A DNA stretch of 64,000 nt from Octopus vulgaris (lineage: Eukaryota). This document shows, in pieces, positions 27,440 to 41,883 of this stretch (position 1 is the first letter of the stretch; each line of letters begins with the position of its first letter). The position numbers and the translations under genes were made by a program. Under the pieces are notes generated by a model. That model searched no databases and was not told the origin of the DNA. It saw only the letters and a program-made list of their open reading frames with translations. The DNA lies in contig OX597831.1 of the NCBI GenBank assembly GCA_951406725.2, positions 81,220,001 through 81,284,000 of the forward strand. The letters run 5' to 3'.

Positions 27440-27900
27440 TGGCTCCTCTACCTGCTAGAAATAATGACCAAATCTTCATCAAATCTCACCATATTGTCTT
27501 GAATACAGAAGGACATACTGCATAATTGCACAATGATGTACAAAAAGGACTGGACGGTCATATTTGGAATACCGTTAATCAAGCATAAAGCTGATGAACC
27601 AGGACTGACCTAGGGCTAAATATTATGATCGTCACATTAAAATCATGATCGCTTCCTCTACCAGTACCAGCAGCGCCATCACCGTTTTGATGTGAGAATG
27701 ATGGTGTTTAGTCCTAGGTCTGTAAACAAGGACACCTGTGAGTAGTTGCTTAATCTGCTAGAAATAACAGTAACATATCCTTCACCATAGATCCTAATGG
27801 CTACAAAATGTAAATACTTGTTAAATATGATCCTGGCTTCTCTACACACAGGAAAAAGACGGGATGGTCACGGCTGAAATGTGTTTCCTTATAAGGCCTT
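27440..27900 (+). mobile_element. Old dispersed repeat (ctgctagaaat...ggatggtca..gctggaatg...ggggctaaacaacaac), two tandem copies
   Basis: Further diverged copies near 6590, 31330, 31550, 36010 and 39830, and inverted near 55090; ends in an (aac)n tail like a retroposon 3' end. Confidence 0.6.
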
Positions 27901-28863
27901 CCGGTTTTAGGACTGAACAGGGGCTAAAGAACAACAACAACAACAACAACAGCAACAACCTCCAGTACACCACCTACATCACCATCACCACCATCACCAC
28001 CACCACCACCACCACCTGTCTTCCACTCCTACTTGGTCAAATAACGGGTGGTTTTATTATCGCTGTCCATTAAGGGTGGCAATTTAACAAGCAATTGAAG
28101 ACAGACTCTCTGACTGCGTTTTAGGGTAGATCATTTCACACTTAAGGGTGGGAACTTTGATCGTTTGAACTGTTAGATATAGCAACCATATCTCACTCAA
28201 ATTACACCCTATTGTCTTAAATAACGGAATCTAGTCAACGAGAGAGCTTCTACGTGGCCATTTGGCTTACTAGAAATAGCAAGCAAATCACCCTCTCAGA
28301 AAATAAAGTAATCACAACCAGTACCACCAGCACCACCCTCCTCATCATCATCATCCTGGTCGTCATCATCGTCGTCGTCGTCGTCATCATCATCACAATC
28401 ATCTTTCTTTTTTCTTTTAATGGTTTCTGTCGTACGACTGCGACCATGCTGGGGCACCGCCTTATCGTTACCATTTATCGTCGTCATCCTTATCACTACC
28501 ACCATTACCATCAACACCTTGTGCTTCTTCCTCCTACTTTTCCCCCTACTCATCTCGAATACCACTGAATCTCCCCCTTCACCATCATAATCACTATCAA
28601 CACCTCCGCCCAAGCCACCCCCCACAGAGACGTCAAGATCCATTAGTAATCCCCAAACAGTCCTTACACCCTATCCCTTCCCACTCCAGTGATGTTGACA
28701 TATTTTCCCACATTCACCTGAGATGGAACCCACTTCCTTCCAGCTCACGGCGTGGGAACTTCTCACCAAGAACCATCAAGCAAAATGGAAGCCCAGTGAT
28801 TAATGGCTCCGCGCAACATCTTTAGCATCGCTATTTCAGCTTCCTTGCTTCTGCTGCTTGTCA

Positions 28864-28926
<63 letters not shown>

Positions 28927-29124
28927 CACTACTACAACTACTAACACCATCACCATATATACTTCTAGATATTTCGCAGATTTTGCTCAGAAAAGGGCGC
29001 GAAAAACCGCTTTTCTCTTAATTTTGTTCTGGACTTGAAATTGGCACCAAGAACCGATTCCTAAATACACACACACATACAGACAAATACGTACATACAC
29101 ACACCGAGAAAGACTGATGTGTAG

Positions 29125-29930
29125 GACACGTTGGTCATCGGCGTTTCCTTGAGGACTGGTCTCCAGATGTTTGAGCCTCACAAATATCACTGCAGATCCA
29201 CTGTGCATTCCTTCGGCCTCCTCCCATTGCCAGGCCATTATAATGCTGGTCGCTTTAACAAAATCATAAAGCATGGCCTAGACGCCGCAGGCTTGCCTTT
29301 CCAACTCGAGCCAACGGGGCTAGACCTAGGGGACGATAAAAAGCCTAACGACGATAAAAAGCCTAACGGTATTCCAATTTAAGGGCGGCGAGCTGGCAGA
29401 AACGTTAGCACGCTGGACGAAATACTTACCGGTATTTCGTCTGCCGCTACGTTCTGAGTTCAAATTCCGCCAAGGACGACTTTGCCTTTCATCCTTTCGG
29501 GGTCGATTAAATAAGTACCAGTCACGCACTGAGGTCGATATAATCGACTTAATCCGTTTGTCTGTCCTTGTTTGTTCTCTCTGTGTTTAGCCCCTTGTGG
29601 GTAGTAAAGAAATAGGTATCCCAATATTCCCGTTCTCTGGTGGCTGATGCCACATGTTATATCTTCTCAGGCTGAGAAAAGCAAACTGTCAAGGTATTGG
29701 TCTCTCTCCGACAGGTTTATGGTCAAGCTTGTAACAGTGAAGACCTCTTGCGTTCTCGGCCCCTGGATCATATCCCTGCTGACCGCTATTGGGGCGGAGA
29801 TGGCTGTCCGCAAGTGAAAGCTCTGTGAGCTAGAATGGCTGTTCCAGTGCGATTGCTTCGGCATCCTCTTTGCAACACCTTTTCCATTTTGTCTGCTGAG
29901 ATCACGAGGCAGCCTGAGTTTCAGGTGATG
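29125..29930 (+). mobile_element. CRE-clade (restriction-like endonuclease) non-LTR retrotransposon remnant, interrupted by a SINE
   Basis: LRTGLQMFEPHKYHC..FNKIIKHGLDAAGLPFQLEPTGLDLGDDKKPNGI | IFPFS..DATC..AEKSKLSRY..LSDRFMVKLVTVKTSCVLGP..LEWLFQ matches the CRE C-terminal pattern (LEPxGLxRGDGKRPDG...DATC...VETSGVLGP). Confidence 0.8.
29381..29614 (+). mobile_element. Full-length SINE family C with 11-bp TSD
   Basis: Flanked by ggtattccaat (29368-29378) and ggtatcccaat (29615-29625); tRNA-like head ggcggcgagctggcaga..gagttcaaattcc. Confidence 0.9.
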
Positions 29931-30222
29931 GAGACAATGAAAGAATTTCGTCGCTTACTACGCGAACTCGTTCATTACGTTACTAATTAGCATCTATAAA
30001 TACTGATCAGTAAACAGGTATACGTCAATGACGTCACGCGTGGAGAAAGGATAAAAACAAACATGACTTTCTAAGCAGAATTCGATTCTGCTACAAAACA
30101 AACGCGCCAGTGGTGATACATAGCTCCATAAATTTATATGTACCGTCCGCGCATAGAAAAACACATGCGCAGATCCCTATTGGCCGATCGTGATGCTAAT
30201 CACCATTAGATGCTGCTTATAT

Positions 30223-30255
<33 letters not shown>

Positions 30256-30398
30256 GTCAGTCAGTCAGTCAGTAAAAGTGATTAAAAACACAGGCTGATC
30301 TACCATTTGCGCTATAGTTTTATTTAAACATAGCCGAGAGTTGCGAACAATGATCACAAGAAGCTATAGAATGCAATTTATGTGTTGGTCATTACAGA

Positions 30399-30790
30399 TC
30401 TCTCTCTATATAAAGCTGAAGTTGTCTGTGTATGGTAGGTTTGGTAGCCTTCAACTAACACTATCTCCTCCGAGACACTGCGGCGCAAGTTGACCAAAAT
30501 TGAGAGTATGATAGAAGAAGGCTTGCTCTTCCTTCCGTAGAATAAAAAATTCAAATCGGACCATGTTAGCACCAAAAATTATTTACATCAAAAAGGTGCT
30601 TTTTTTCTATGAAAATCCTTATTTTTTACGATTTTTTGACTGCTGTGTCGCCATTTTTCGGTGTATTTCAACCAGAAAAATGTTCACTTAAAGAGAATAA
30701 TAAGCTACATAATGCAAAATGTTTACTTTTCAAAAATTCCAATTCTAAATGGTCGAAACAAACCCGAGCTACGCCGGGCGGTTCTGCTAG
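30399..30790 (+). mobile_element. Non-autonomous Helitron
   Basis: Starts A|TC, ends CTAG|T, with subterminal GC-rich hairpin cccgagctacgccggg at 30763-30778; no TSD. Confidence 0.8.
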
Positions 30791-32177
30791 TTTCACATAA
30801 AAGCTGTGTGACTTATCGTCGGTATTTAGTATTATTGCATCAACATGAGCACCGTTCTCCTTGCTAATTGTCGCTATTCGTTGTTGCTAGAGAGTTAGAA
30901 AACCGACGCATAACTTAAAGAGAGGTGCAGAATGGAAGACTCCGAATACATCTCAATTACCTGAAAAGAAAAAGAAAAAAAAAGGAAACCAATGTTAAAG
31001 AAAACGGAAGATAATCTCAAAATGGTGGTTTCAAATTTTGGCACAAGGCCAGCAATTTGGGGGAAAGGCGACTGGGGATGAGTCGATTCGATTGACCCTG
31101 GTGCTCAGTTAGTACCTATTTTATCGACTAGTAGTAGTAGTGGTAGTACTGGTGGTGGTGGTGGCTGTATTCGTGATGATGGTGATGTTAATGGATGGCA
31201 TATAGTGGCTTTGGCATTGTGGTTGACGAATTGAACAGCAATGAATATCACCACATGGCAACATCACATGATAGAGTCACATGAGAACAGCCATCACATA
31301 ACGCCACGTGGTAACATCATAACAAGTAGTCTCTCGACTAAAATAGCAGCAAAACGCCCCTCAGATCACTTTCTCACATTTTAAACAATGCACAAAGTAG
31401 AACAATGTTGTTGCAAGCCCCTAGCTCGTGGGGAAAAGATGAGGTGATCACGGTTGGAATGCCTTTTGGTTATAGGTCTGTCCATTATGGATGGTTAGAG
31501 ATTACACAACAACAACCACCTGATAACTTTGAATGAACGAGAGAGTCCGTCATGTGGCAGTTTGATTCTCTAGAAATAGCAGTCAAATCTTCAACTTACT
31601 CTCTACTGTTTTCAGGGTATATTGAATAGTGTGATCCAAGATAGACTGTATCTGAAAAACAAACATAATGATGGGATGGTCACAGCTGGAACCTCATTTG
31701 ATCATAGGTTTTCTTGATATGATTTGACCGGGGGTTAAATAACAACATCCATTGGTAACACCACTTGGAGGTAAAATCTGTTAGCAATATAAATTAAAAA
31801 TTTTTGCACATTTTTGAAAATGGATTGCGTCTGCCTCCAGGGCTCAACTGGAACTTATTTTACCGACCGCGAATGAATGAAGAGCAAAGTCGACCTCAGC
31901 AGAATTTGAACTCAGAACATAAAGGCACACGAAATGCTGCAAAGCATTCTACCCGGCGCGCCAAGGATTCGGCCAGCTCGCAGCCCTTAATCTGTTTGTA
32001 ATATAATTAAGAGAAACACCTGACGATGTAATTAATTCGTTTCAGTATAGCTCCACCTTACTAATTAATAAAACAAACCACATCTATCAGATATTAATTA
32101 GTAATTATGTTAATTGACAACATATATTCGTGTGCTATCTAGGTGAAAGCGAAAGAAAAGTAGAGGAGGGAATGACA

Positions 32178-32262
<85 letters not shown>

Positions 32263-32471
32263 GGGTGCACGAGGGAGGGGTGACTGTTGTCACTGACCCT
32301 TATGTTTGCTATTCCAAGAATTTCAGTTCCGTGCCTTTTATTGTCTGAGATAATCTGGAGATAATTTATTTTTCTTTATTTATTTCTTCTTAATTATATG
32401 TGTGTGTGTATGTGTATTTATATATAGACACACACATACATATATACATGTATGCATGTTTATATATGTAT

Positions 32472-32515
<44 letters not shown>

Positions 32516-32719
32516 GTTTGTATGTATGTATGTATGTATGCTTGTATGTATCGTATAACAAGAGGTATAGTACAGCGTCACAGATTACAGGTGTACTATA
32601 AGACCGTAGGTTACCGGTCGATAAATAATTTATCATCGATACTTCGGATGGGGAAAATAGGTGACCTTGTAGAGTTATCGGAGTGACTTTAGGGTGGAGG
32701 CAACACACGCACACACATT

Positions 32720-32928
32720 TGGAATTTAAAAAATGAAAAGAGAAAAAACAAACAAAACAAAAGACGAAGACGCGTGTGTAAACAACAAACAGATGTATTA
32801 GTTTAATGCTCGGGAAGTGAGAAAGTCTTTTACGTTTCGAGCCTACGCTCTTCAACAGAAAGGAACACAGAAATAAACAGGGAGAGAAAATAGAAAAAAA
32901 TGTTTAGTGGCTAACGATCTATCATGGC

Positions 32929-32930
<2 letters not shown>
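32720..32930 (-). mobile_element. Family-A repeat with hammerhead-like motif at 32825-32862
   Basis: Motif identical to 728-765; right end abuts (TA)n. Confidence 0.65.
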
Positions 32931-33001
<71 letters not shown>

Positions 33002-33069
33002 CATACATACATACACACATATATATATAGATATAATATATATCTATATCTATATATATATATATTTTT

Positions 33070-33385
33070 TTTTTCTTTTATTCTTTTACTTGTTTCAGCC
33101 ATTTGACTGCCACCATGCTGGAGCACCGCCTTAAGGGGTTTGAGTTGAACAAATCGACCCCAGGACTTATTCTTTGTAAGCCTGATACTTATTCTATCGA
33201 TATCCTTGACTGTACCGCTAGATCACGGGGACGTAAACATACCAACATCGGTTGTCAAGCGATGGTGGGAGCCATATATATATATATATACATACGCACA
33301 CAACAGACTTCTTTCAGTTTCCCTCTCCCAAATTCATTCACAAGGCTTTCGTCGGCTCGAGTTTATGGTGGAAGATACTTGCTTG
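33070..33385 (-). mobile_element. SINE family B (partial)
   Basis: Reverse complement of the tail and head-end sequence. Confidence 0.75.
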
Positions 33386-33774
33386 CATGTATGCATGTAT
33401 GTATATTGAAGATATTGTTTATACTTATACTATATGTTACATATATATATACACACACACACACATATATATATACATACCTGTATGTGAGTGTGCGTTT
33501 GTGTCTACGTTTGTCTCCTACCACCTCTTGAAAAGCGGTTACTTAGCGGTTCGGCAAAAAGCCTTAGGTCGATTCATTTTAATAAAATTCTTCAAGGCGG
33601 TGCCCCAGTCTGGCCGCAGTCTAATGACTAAAACAATTAAACGATAAAAAATAAAAACAAAAAAAACAACGAATGCGTGGAGTGCAGAGGCCGGTTGCTC
33701 TGTAGCCTTCTACACATGAGTCTATCCCACACGTGCATATAGCCACCGACTCGGTCTGCCGTGCAATACTTTTC

Positions 33775-33990
33775 TATTTATTTCTACTCTAGGCACAAGG
33801 CCCGAGATTTTGGGGGAGGGGGCCAGTCGATGACATCGACCCCAGTACGCAACTGGTACTTAATTTATCAACCCCGAAAGGATGAAAGGCAAAGTCGACC
33901 TTGGCGGAATTTGAACTCAGAACGTAAAGACAGACGAAACACCGCTAAGCATTTCGCCCGGTGTGCTAACCATTCTGCCAGCTCGCCCTC
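33775..33990 (-). mobile_element. SINE family C (alternative 3' end)
   Basis: Same head and core as 29381 but ends ...aaatctcgggccttgtgcctagagtagaaa. Confidence 0.85.
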
Positions 33991-34396
33991 TTGGTCTGCC
34001 GTGCAATTCTGCAAAAGATTAAAAGACAGCGATGTTATTTGCAGAAATCATAGAATATTTATTGAAATAAATTATTAAGAGAAGTTGATCAACCAGATTC
34101 GAAGAGAACATTTCTGCGAGCAAACACAGTTGCAGCATTGATATTTCGGCTTTGCTACCTGTCCAACTATGACAATCGACTTCCGGTCGTTGTTAATTTA
34201 TTTTCATAATTTTCATCACTAAACTGTCTTTTCTTCACGTTTTTCTTTTTTTTTTTGTTGAAGATGACGCAATACGATGAAATATTGATTCAAATACGCT
34301 CGTCGTATCCTATGCATGCGGGTGTGTGCGTGCGTGTGTATGTGTGTGTGTGCCCGTGTATTATTCACACACACACACACACATACATATATGTTT

Positions 34397-34478
<82 letters not shown>

Positions 34479-34561
34479 ACTTACTTGGAAATACATATAA
34501 ATAATATACATACATATATATATATATATATATGCATATAGACATAAACATACATACATAC

Positions 34562-34594
<33 letters not shown>

Positions 34595-34669
34595 CCCCTT
34601 CATGTGCATATAGACATATACATACATACATACATACATACATACATACATACGTACATACATACATAC

Positions 34670-34712
<43 letters not shown>

Positions 34713-35139
34713 CATATATCATCAGACTATCAGATGTTGTTATACACTGCTGGTCACAATGCGCTTCGTCCCACCATTGTAGCTAGGTGGCCAGGCAACA
34801 TTTCAACTGAATAAGACACCTGGCCATCGTAGGGTCACCCATTTGCAACTGGGTGAACTGAAGTGATTTGCTGAAGAACATAATGTACTGCTTTTGGGGG
34901 AAGCGAAACCACGGTGTTGTGATCGTGAGAGCAGCCACAAGGCCTCGTGTCTTCAAATACACACATAATGTATAGTGGAATAGATAAACAACGTCTGTGT
35001 TTCGGTATCAGCCACATTAGAACAAATATAATCATCCTAAATAACCTATTAAATACTCTTCGTCCATAAAACTATTAGCAAATTATGTATCTCTGCCTGT
35101 CCTGCCTGTCTGTATGCATCTGTGCGTGTGTGTTTGTGT

Positions 35140-35202
<63 letters not shown>

Positions 35203-36358
35203 TGTGTGTGTGTGTGTGTGCGTGCGTGTGTGTGTGCGTGCGTGCGTGTGTGTGTGCGTGCGTGCGAAGTCTCAGAAATTCAGACGGACATGTGTTCCCC
35301 AGAACAGATCTTAATTCGTGAAAACAGATGGCAACAAACTATTTAATGTTCTCAATTAAATATTTAAAACGACTTAATGAGATTCCAGAGCTGTAGCGAA
35401 TGTTATCTGCGATATCTTCGGTTCACAGGGGCAAAAGATCGACCGTTAGGGAGTCAAAAAGCTATCAATGTACAAAAAAAATCTCAGTTTGGAACGCAAG
35501 CGAATTGTGTCGAATTCTCGAGCAAAATGAGAAAAGCATGAAGTGTTAGGGTGTGGATGGTAGGAAAGAAGGGGCCACGGAAACTTAGATACGAAACTAG
35601 ATGTGATAACTTTACTACACTCATCCGAAACTCTTGTTGAGCAGGGGACTCGTTCTGCGAAGGACATTCACGTGTTACCAACAGAAGACAACGCACAACA
35701 CCTCGGGAATCATTACTTGATACTATAACACAGCACACAACGTATATATTCTACACAATCACCACCCGATACCACCGCCGCCACCACCACCACAACAACC
35801 ACCACCACCACCACCACCACCACCACCACCACCACCACCACCACCGCCGCCGCCGCCGCCGCCGCCGCCGCAACCACCACCATCACCACCACCACCACCA
35901 CCACCGCCGCCGCAACCACCACCACCACCACCGCCGCCGCAACCACCACCACCACGATCATCGCTAACGCCGTTATCACTAAATACCAGGCAACGGGAAT
36001 ATCACTTATCTGCTTGACTGACCTGCTAGAAATAACAGTGAAATTTCGTCAAAATCGCTGCCTTCTGTTTTAAAAAATAGAAGGAAATATTGGCTAATGT
36101 GATGGTCTTACAGTTAGAATGTCTAACTAAAATAACTTCTTTTAATTAGACATTCTAAATTTCTGAATTGACATTAATCAAAAGGTCTACTGGATCAGAA
36201 ATAACCTGGGGTTAAACACTAACAACAACAAGAACAACAACAACAACTCTGAATATTACAAATGACAAGATAACATCTCTCACTATCTCTCTCTCTTTCT
36301 CTTTCCCTCTGTCTAATCCCATCCATCTCTCTCTCTCTCTCTCTCTCTCTACCTATAC

Positions 36359-36526
<168 letters not shown>

Positions 36527-36530
36527 TGTG

Positions 36531-36605
<75 letters not shown>

Positions 36606-36922
36606 ACCATGTATATGGATTTTTCTCTCTATCACTCGCCCATCATCCTCTCTACTTCACAACATAATTAAATGATGCCAATAAAATCGAATGGAATTCT
36701 AAACACCATTTTAAAAAGGCCACCCCCTAAGAAGTTGATTGTGGCAGGGAGCAATTAACGTACATAATTACGCTCTGCGATTGGTTGGGTTCCAAGTATA
36801 TTAAAAACCCATTTGGCCACGTTACGTTTTTCATGGCAGAAGCGCGGTTGTAAAAAAACAGACATAGCATCCGTTTAGGACGCAATCGCGTACAATTGAG
36901 TTGAAATAACTGACTATATAGT

Positions 36923-36938
36923 CGCCAGCAGGGGGCGC
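36923..36938 (+). promoter_or_regulatory. Consensus CTCF-binding motif
   Basis: cgccagcagggggcgc matches the CCASYAGRKGGCRS core and lies in a non-repetitive island. Confidence 0.6.
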
Positions 36939-37089
36939 GAGAGGTTGTGAAGGCGGCGAGAGGTGGTGGTGGTCATGATGATTGTCAGTTGAAACAGATT
37001 AGATATGTAAGTATTCTTTTAGCCAGGACCGGGGGGAGACTTCTCTCTCTTTCTCTCTCTCTGTCCTTCACCCCCTCTCTCTCTCTCTC

Positions 37090-37120
<31 letters not shown>

Positions 37121-37591
37121 GAACAAACATGCTTACACTCACTCACACACACACATATGTAGACATCATATGTACTGCAGATATATATACATATATACAT
37201 ATATATGTTTGTATGTACGTATGTGAGTACGTATGTATGTGTGTATACACACACACACGAACCAGGATATGGTTTCTCATTTAAAATCTGTTGTTTTACA
37301 CACACACACACACACACAATTATATATGTTTATACAGACACGCACGTTACGTTAGTGCGAACAACCTCATCCGGAGTCAATCTCTCCTCGACAAAACAAT
37401 TGTGCGCGTGCACCCATTTCCACTCAAACACACACAAACATTCGTCTACATAAGGACACAGTTATACACACACACACACACACACATACACACACACACA
37501 CACACACACGCATGTGCTCCAAATAGGACTCCCTCTTTTCCCCTTGGTTTCTCTCTCTTATATATCTTTCAAACTCTCTACTCCCCACCTC

Positions 37592-37622
<31 letters not shown>

Positions 37623-37899
37623 GTCAATTGACTTCAGCCAACCCAGAACCACCCCCGACGTCCCCCACCCGCACAGGTTCAATCAGTCGATATATTCCAG
37701 TTGATCATAAAAAATGACGGGAATTGTTTTGAGGTCATCAATTGATGAGACTTTTAAACCAACTGTGAATTTAATGGCGAATGAGGAGAGATGGTGGCGG
37801 TGGCGTGATGTGTTTGTGGTGGTGGTGGTCGCGGGGTTGGGTGGCTGTTGAGGAGACAATAATAGGAACGGTAATGGACCCAATCATGCTGCTGTTGTT

Positions 37900-37913
37900 T
37901 TTGTTGGTGATGT

Positions 37914-37945
<32 letters not shown>

Positions 37946-37946
37946 T

Positions 37947-37978
<32 letters not shown>

Positions 37979-38115
37979 TCGATGATGATGGCAATAATGA
38001 TGGTGATGATGATGATGATGATGGCGATAATGATGGTGATGATGATGATAGTGATGGTGTGGATGATGTTTACATGGCGACACTTTTAAGAATACTTACT
38101 TATTATAACCACTAG

Positions 38116-38149
<34 letters not shown>

Positions 38150-38159
38150 AACTACTACC

Positions 38160-38238
<79 letters not shown>

Positions 38239-38240
38239 GG
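37900..38240. repeat. Compound trinucleotide array (GAT)n-(TAC)n-(AAT)n
   Basis: Visible directly; source of the poly-His and poly-Met pseudo-ORFs. Confidence 0.9.
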
Positions 38241-40913
38241 AGTAGTAATGAAAATAAATTTTGTGATTGCAAGTTTAGAAGTCAATGATTATTCAAATAT
38301 TGTAAACAAAAGAAAAAAAGTGTTTACAGATGTAAAATAAAATCTGGAAGTAAATGTTTCTGTTACGTAGGTGCAACGCAAAATTTTGTCAAGCGACGCA
38401 TATCTAATCATATTTACACTTTTAATAATAGAATCAAGTTCTCTAGTCCCAGCCTCAGTAAATTCATTTGGGACTTGAAAGAAAAGGAAATTAGTTTTTC
38501 GGTGGAGTGGGAAATTATAAGCAAGGCTACTGCTTATAAGATTGGAAATTCCTTTTGTTTTCTCTGTCTTGAAGAGTTATACCAACTCCTATTCTCCCGG
38601 CGGTGCCTTTTAAATAAAAATATTGAGGCTTGATTTTCATGTGTTCACGCATGTAAATGAACTCTCAAAAACTACTGTTACATATATTATTAACATAAAT
38701 AGATTAATTATATATTAAAGCTACGAATACTTTGAATCGGTTGGTATTTCATGTTTAGTACACTAACATCTACAACTATAAAGAATTAGGAATTCTTAGT
38801 AGATATATGAATATTAAATATTATATTAAAATATTAGTATTAAAATGTTAAAATTTCATCTTATATACGAAAAAAGGGACTGATTTTTCATGTATTCACG
38901 CATAACAATATTATCACAGATGACTCCAGAGTACACCGGAAGTCTTTCTACGTCATAACCCATATTATCATTGCCGAAGAAACGATAATGTGGATTATAG
39001 CTTAGCTAGACTTTCGTTGTCTTTATAATCACTATCTCCGGGTTCTTACTATCATCTCTCCCTTCATCTTATTTCTCCCTATAAACTCCACCTTCTACAT
39101 TTACCACCACCACCACCATTACTACATATAGCAGTAACACTATCACCCGCCGCCAACTACCACCATCAACACTGGTATCATCATCATCATCATCACCACA
39201 ACAAAAACAACAGCATGTACACCATCGCCACCACTACAATCACTACCATATTTGTTTAAACAAATCAATAAAGAATAAATGGCTGCAACACCACCACCAC
39301 CACCACCACCGCCGCCACCACCACCACAACCACCACCGCTGCCGCCGCCGCCGCCAATGACACCAACAATAACACTAACACCAGGATGGCCGTTTTATTG
39401 TGTGACCTTCTGCAGGTCAACTGCCCCCTAAATCCTCGCATATTCCACACCCTTTTGTAGCTTTGATACGTCTGATTGAATAAAACGCGTGCCCCTCCAC
39501 GCTCCGCCACCTTACTGTCTTCTTCATCATCACTACCATCATCATTGTCACCATCATCTCTATGACGATATCCCGCACCGTCACCACCATCGCGCCCCAT
39601 CGTCATCGTTGACTCTTTGTGTCCTTTAATTACTGTTGTCATCACGAGTCCATTTATTATTGCCCCACCCACCTTACCTTTTACCATTATTACAACTGCG
39701 GCAGATCCTCGTTTTAATTCTAATTACCACAAATACTCCTTTGTAATTACTAAACTTTTACAGACGACTCGTCACTGTTAGACCAACATTAATTTATAAT
39801 TCCACAAAAAAGACGAGCTAACGAGAGAGCCGAATAGCTAGACATAACAATCAAATCAGCCTTCAATCTTATTGTATAGTCTTAAAGAAGGACATGTTGG
39901 CTAATGCAGGAAAAAGACAGGATGGTCACGACTGGAATGCATTTGATTACAGGGCTATTCGATTACGGCTACCCTGGAGCTAAACAATAACTCAAGCATA
40001 TAACAAGAAAATTAAAGCCAAATACATTTTAAAGAAATATATTTTAAAACGTAAATAAAATAAAATGTAAAAGAAAAGAGGAACGAATAGAAAAGAGCCC
40101 ACCTTCCCTTCACCCCTTCCGCTACTCCCTAAAACGCAAAGGGCCCCCACTATTTGGTTCAGTAGGTCCACTACACGATCCTTTCATATTTACCCAATGT
40201 TCAAACAAGCCGCACGACCAACGCGTGTCTTTCACCGACGACCGACCGACCGACCGGCCAACCAGCCAACCGACCAACCAATCGCTCTCCTTTTTATATA
40301 TGTTCCGGCCATCTTCCTCTCTCTTTCCTCCTCCTCTTTCTCTCTCCTCCCATTCTCACTCTCCTTCCCCTTTCTTCTCTCTTGCTCTCTTTTTTTTTAT
40401 CATTTAATAAAGATGGCTGCAACCAGGGGTGCTTAGACTGTGGTGCATAACCAGCGAGGACTGACTCTTCTGAGTGGCACATTTTTATGCTCTGCGCCTT
40501 ACGCATGCAGACGCACATACATACATACATACATACATTCATACATACATACATACATACATACATACATGCATGCATACATACAAACACACATACATAT
40601 ACACGCACACACATACACACATACACATATATAAACATACACATATAGAAGCATATACACACACGTACACACACATATATAATATATATACATATTGTCG
40701 TTTGGAATGGTGGATCTCGAAGTAGATAAAGCTATATATATGTGTGTGTGTATATATAATACTATATCTTGGTACTGTTTGAACTGAGATGGACGTCGAC
40801 TGGTCGCTAGTCTGTGCAATATTAATTGCAATATTAATTACCTAATTCGGTTTAAGTCTTCTAATTTGGACATTAAATTTAAAACATCGTTTTGATATAA
40901 TGGTTAGCATGGC

Positions 40914-41491
40914 CAGGGCCCGATTAAGACACACAGAGGCCCTAAGCACTTGAAAGAATTTGGTGCCCTCATGGATATATGTAATTCAAAATATAAACAA
41001 TATTCTTTTCTACTCTACGCACAAGGCCCCAAATTTTGGAGGAGGGGTCCAGTCGATTAGATCGACCCCGGTACGTAATTTATCAACCCTGAAAGGATTA
41101 AAGGCAAAGTTCACCTCGGCGGAATTTGAACTCAGGACATTAAGACAGGTGAAATACAAAATATAGACAATAATAAACCATAAAATACATTTTTATTTTT
41201 CAAAATGAAACAAACATTAAAATGTGTCTGAAAATAATAGTCTTGTAGACTTCCACTTTATATTTGAAAAGATTTCTTCTACTTTTTTTAATTGTAAAGT
41301 TTTTTATCACATCCTCACTATGATACCATGAACAATTATATTTCCGATCACAGAACCATTTCGAATATTATTCTAACAAGCTTAATGGGATTTTTTTTCT
41401 GTCGTAAACCATTTACCATTTCTGTGGTGCCCCACCTTCACTTTATGTCCTAAGCAAGGGCTTATTTTGTTTAGTGGTTAATCCAGTGATG
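40914..41491. mobile_element. Non-autonomous hAT-type element containing a nested SINE-C fragment (41005-41158)
   Basis: Ends cagggcccgattaa...ttaatccagtgatg (decayed TIR); 8-bp TSD agcatggc (40906-40913) / agcacggc (41492-41499); subterminal ggtgccc and cctaagca motifs at both ends. Confidence 0.75.
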
Positions 41492-41700
41492 AGCACGGCT
41501 ACACAATTACTGCAGACACACCATTCCAAAGCAAGTCACAACTGTTTCCTTTTCTCTATCCTACATACATCGAGGCATAAACAAGTTTTGAAAATGTCTA
41601 ATTCTCCATTCTTCTTTATGACGTTTTCATTATATTCTTCGGATGTTGTATGAATTCCAAAGAAGAGAACTCAGGATTTACCTGTCGAGTGAAAATGGAA

Positions 41701-41883
41701 TACCTATTTCTTTACTGCCAGCAAGGAGCTAAACACAGAGAGGACAAACAAGGACACACAAACGGATTAAGTCGATTATATCGACCCCAGTGCGTAACTG
41801 GTACTTATTTAATCGACCCCGAAAGGATGAAAGGCAAAGTCGACCCCGGCGGAATTTGAACTCAGAACGTAGCGGCAGACGAA
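41701..41883 (-). mobile_element. 5'-truncated SINE family C
   Basis: Reverse complement of the 29381 element's 3' two-thirds. Confidence 0.85.

Noticed and set aside
29381-29470. tRNA gene
   Set aside because: A/B-box-like sequence is the head of a multi-copy SINE and lacks a complete cloverleaf; the same holds for the other SINE heads
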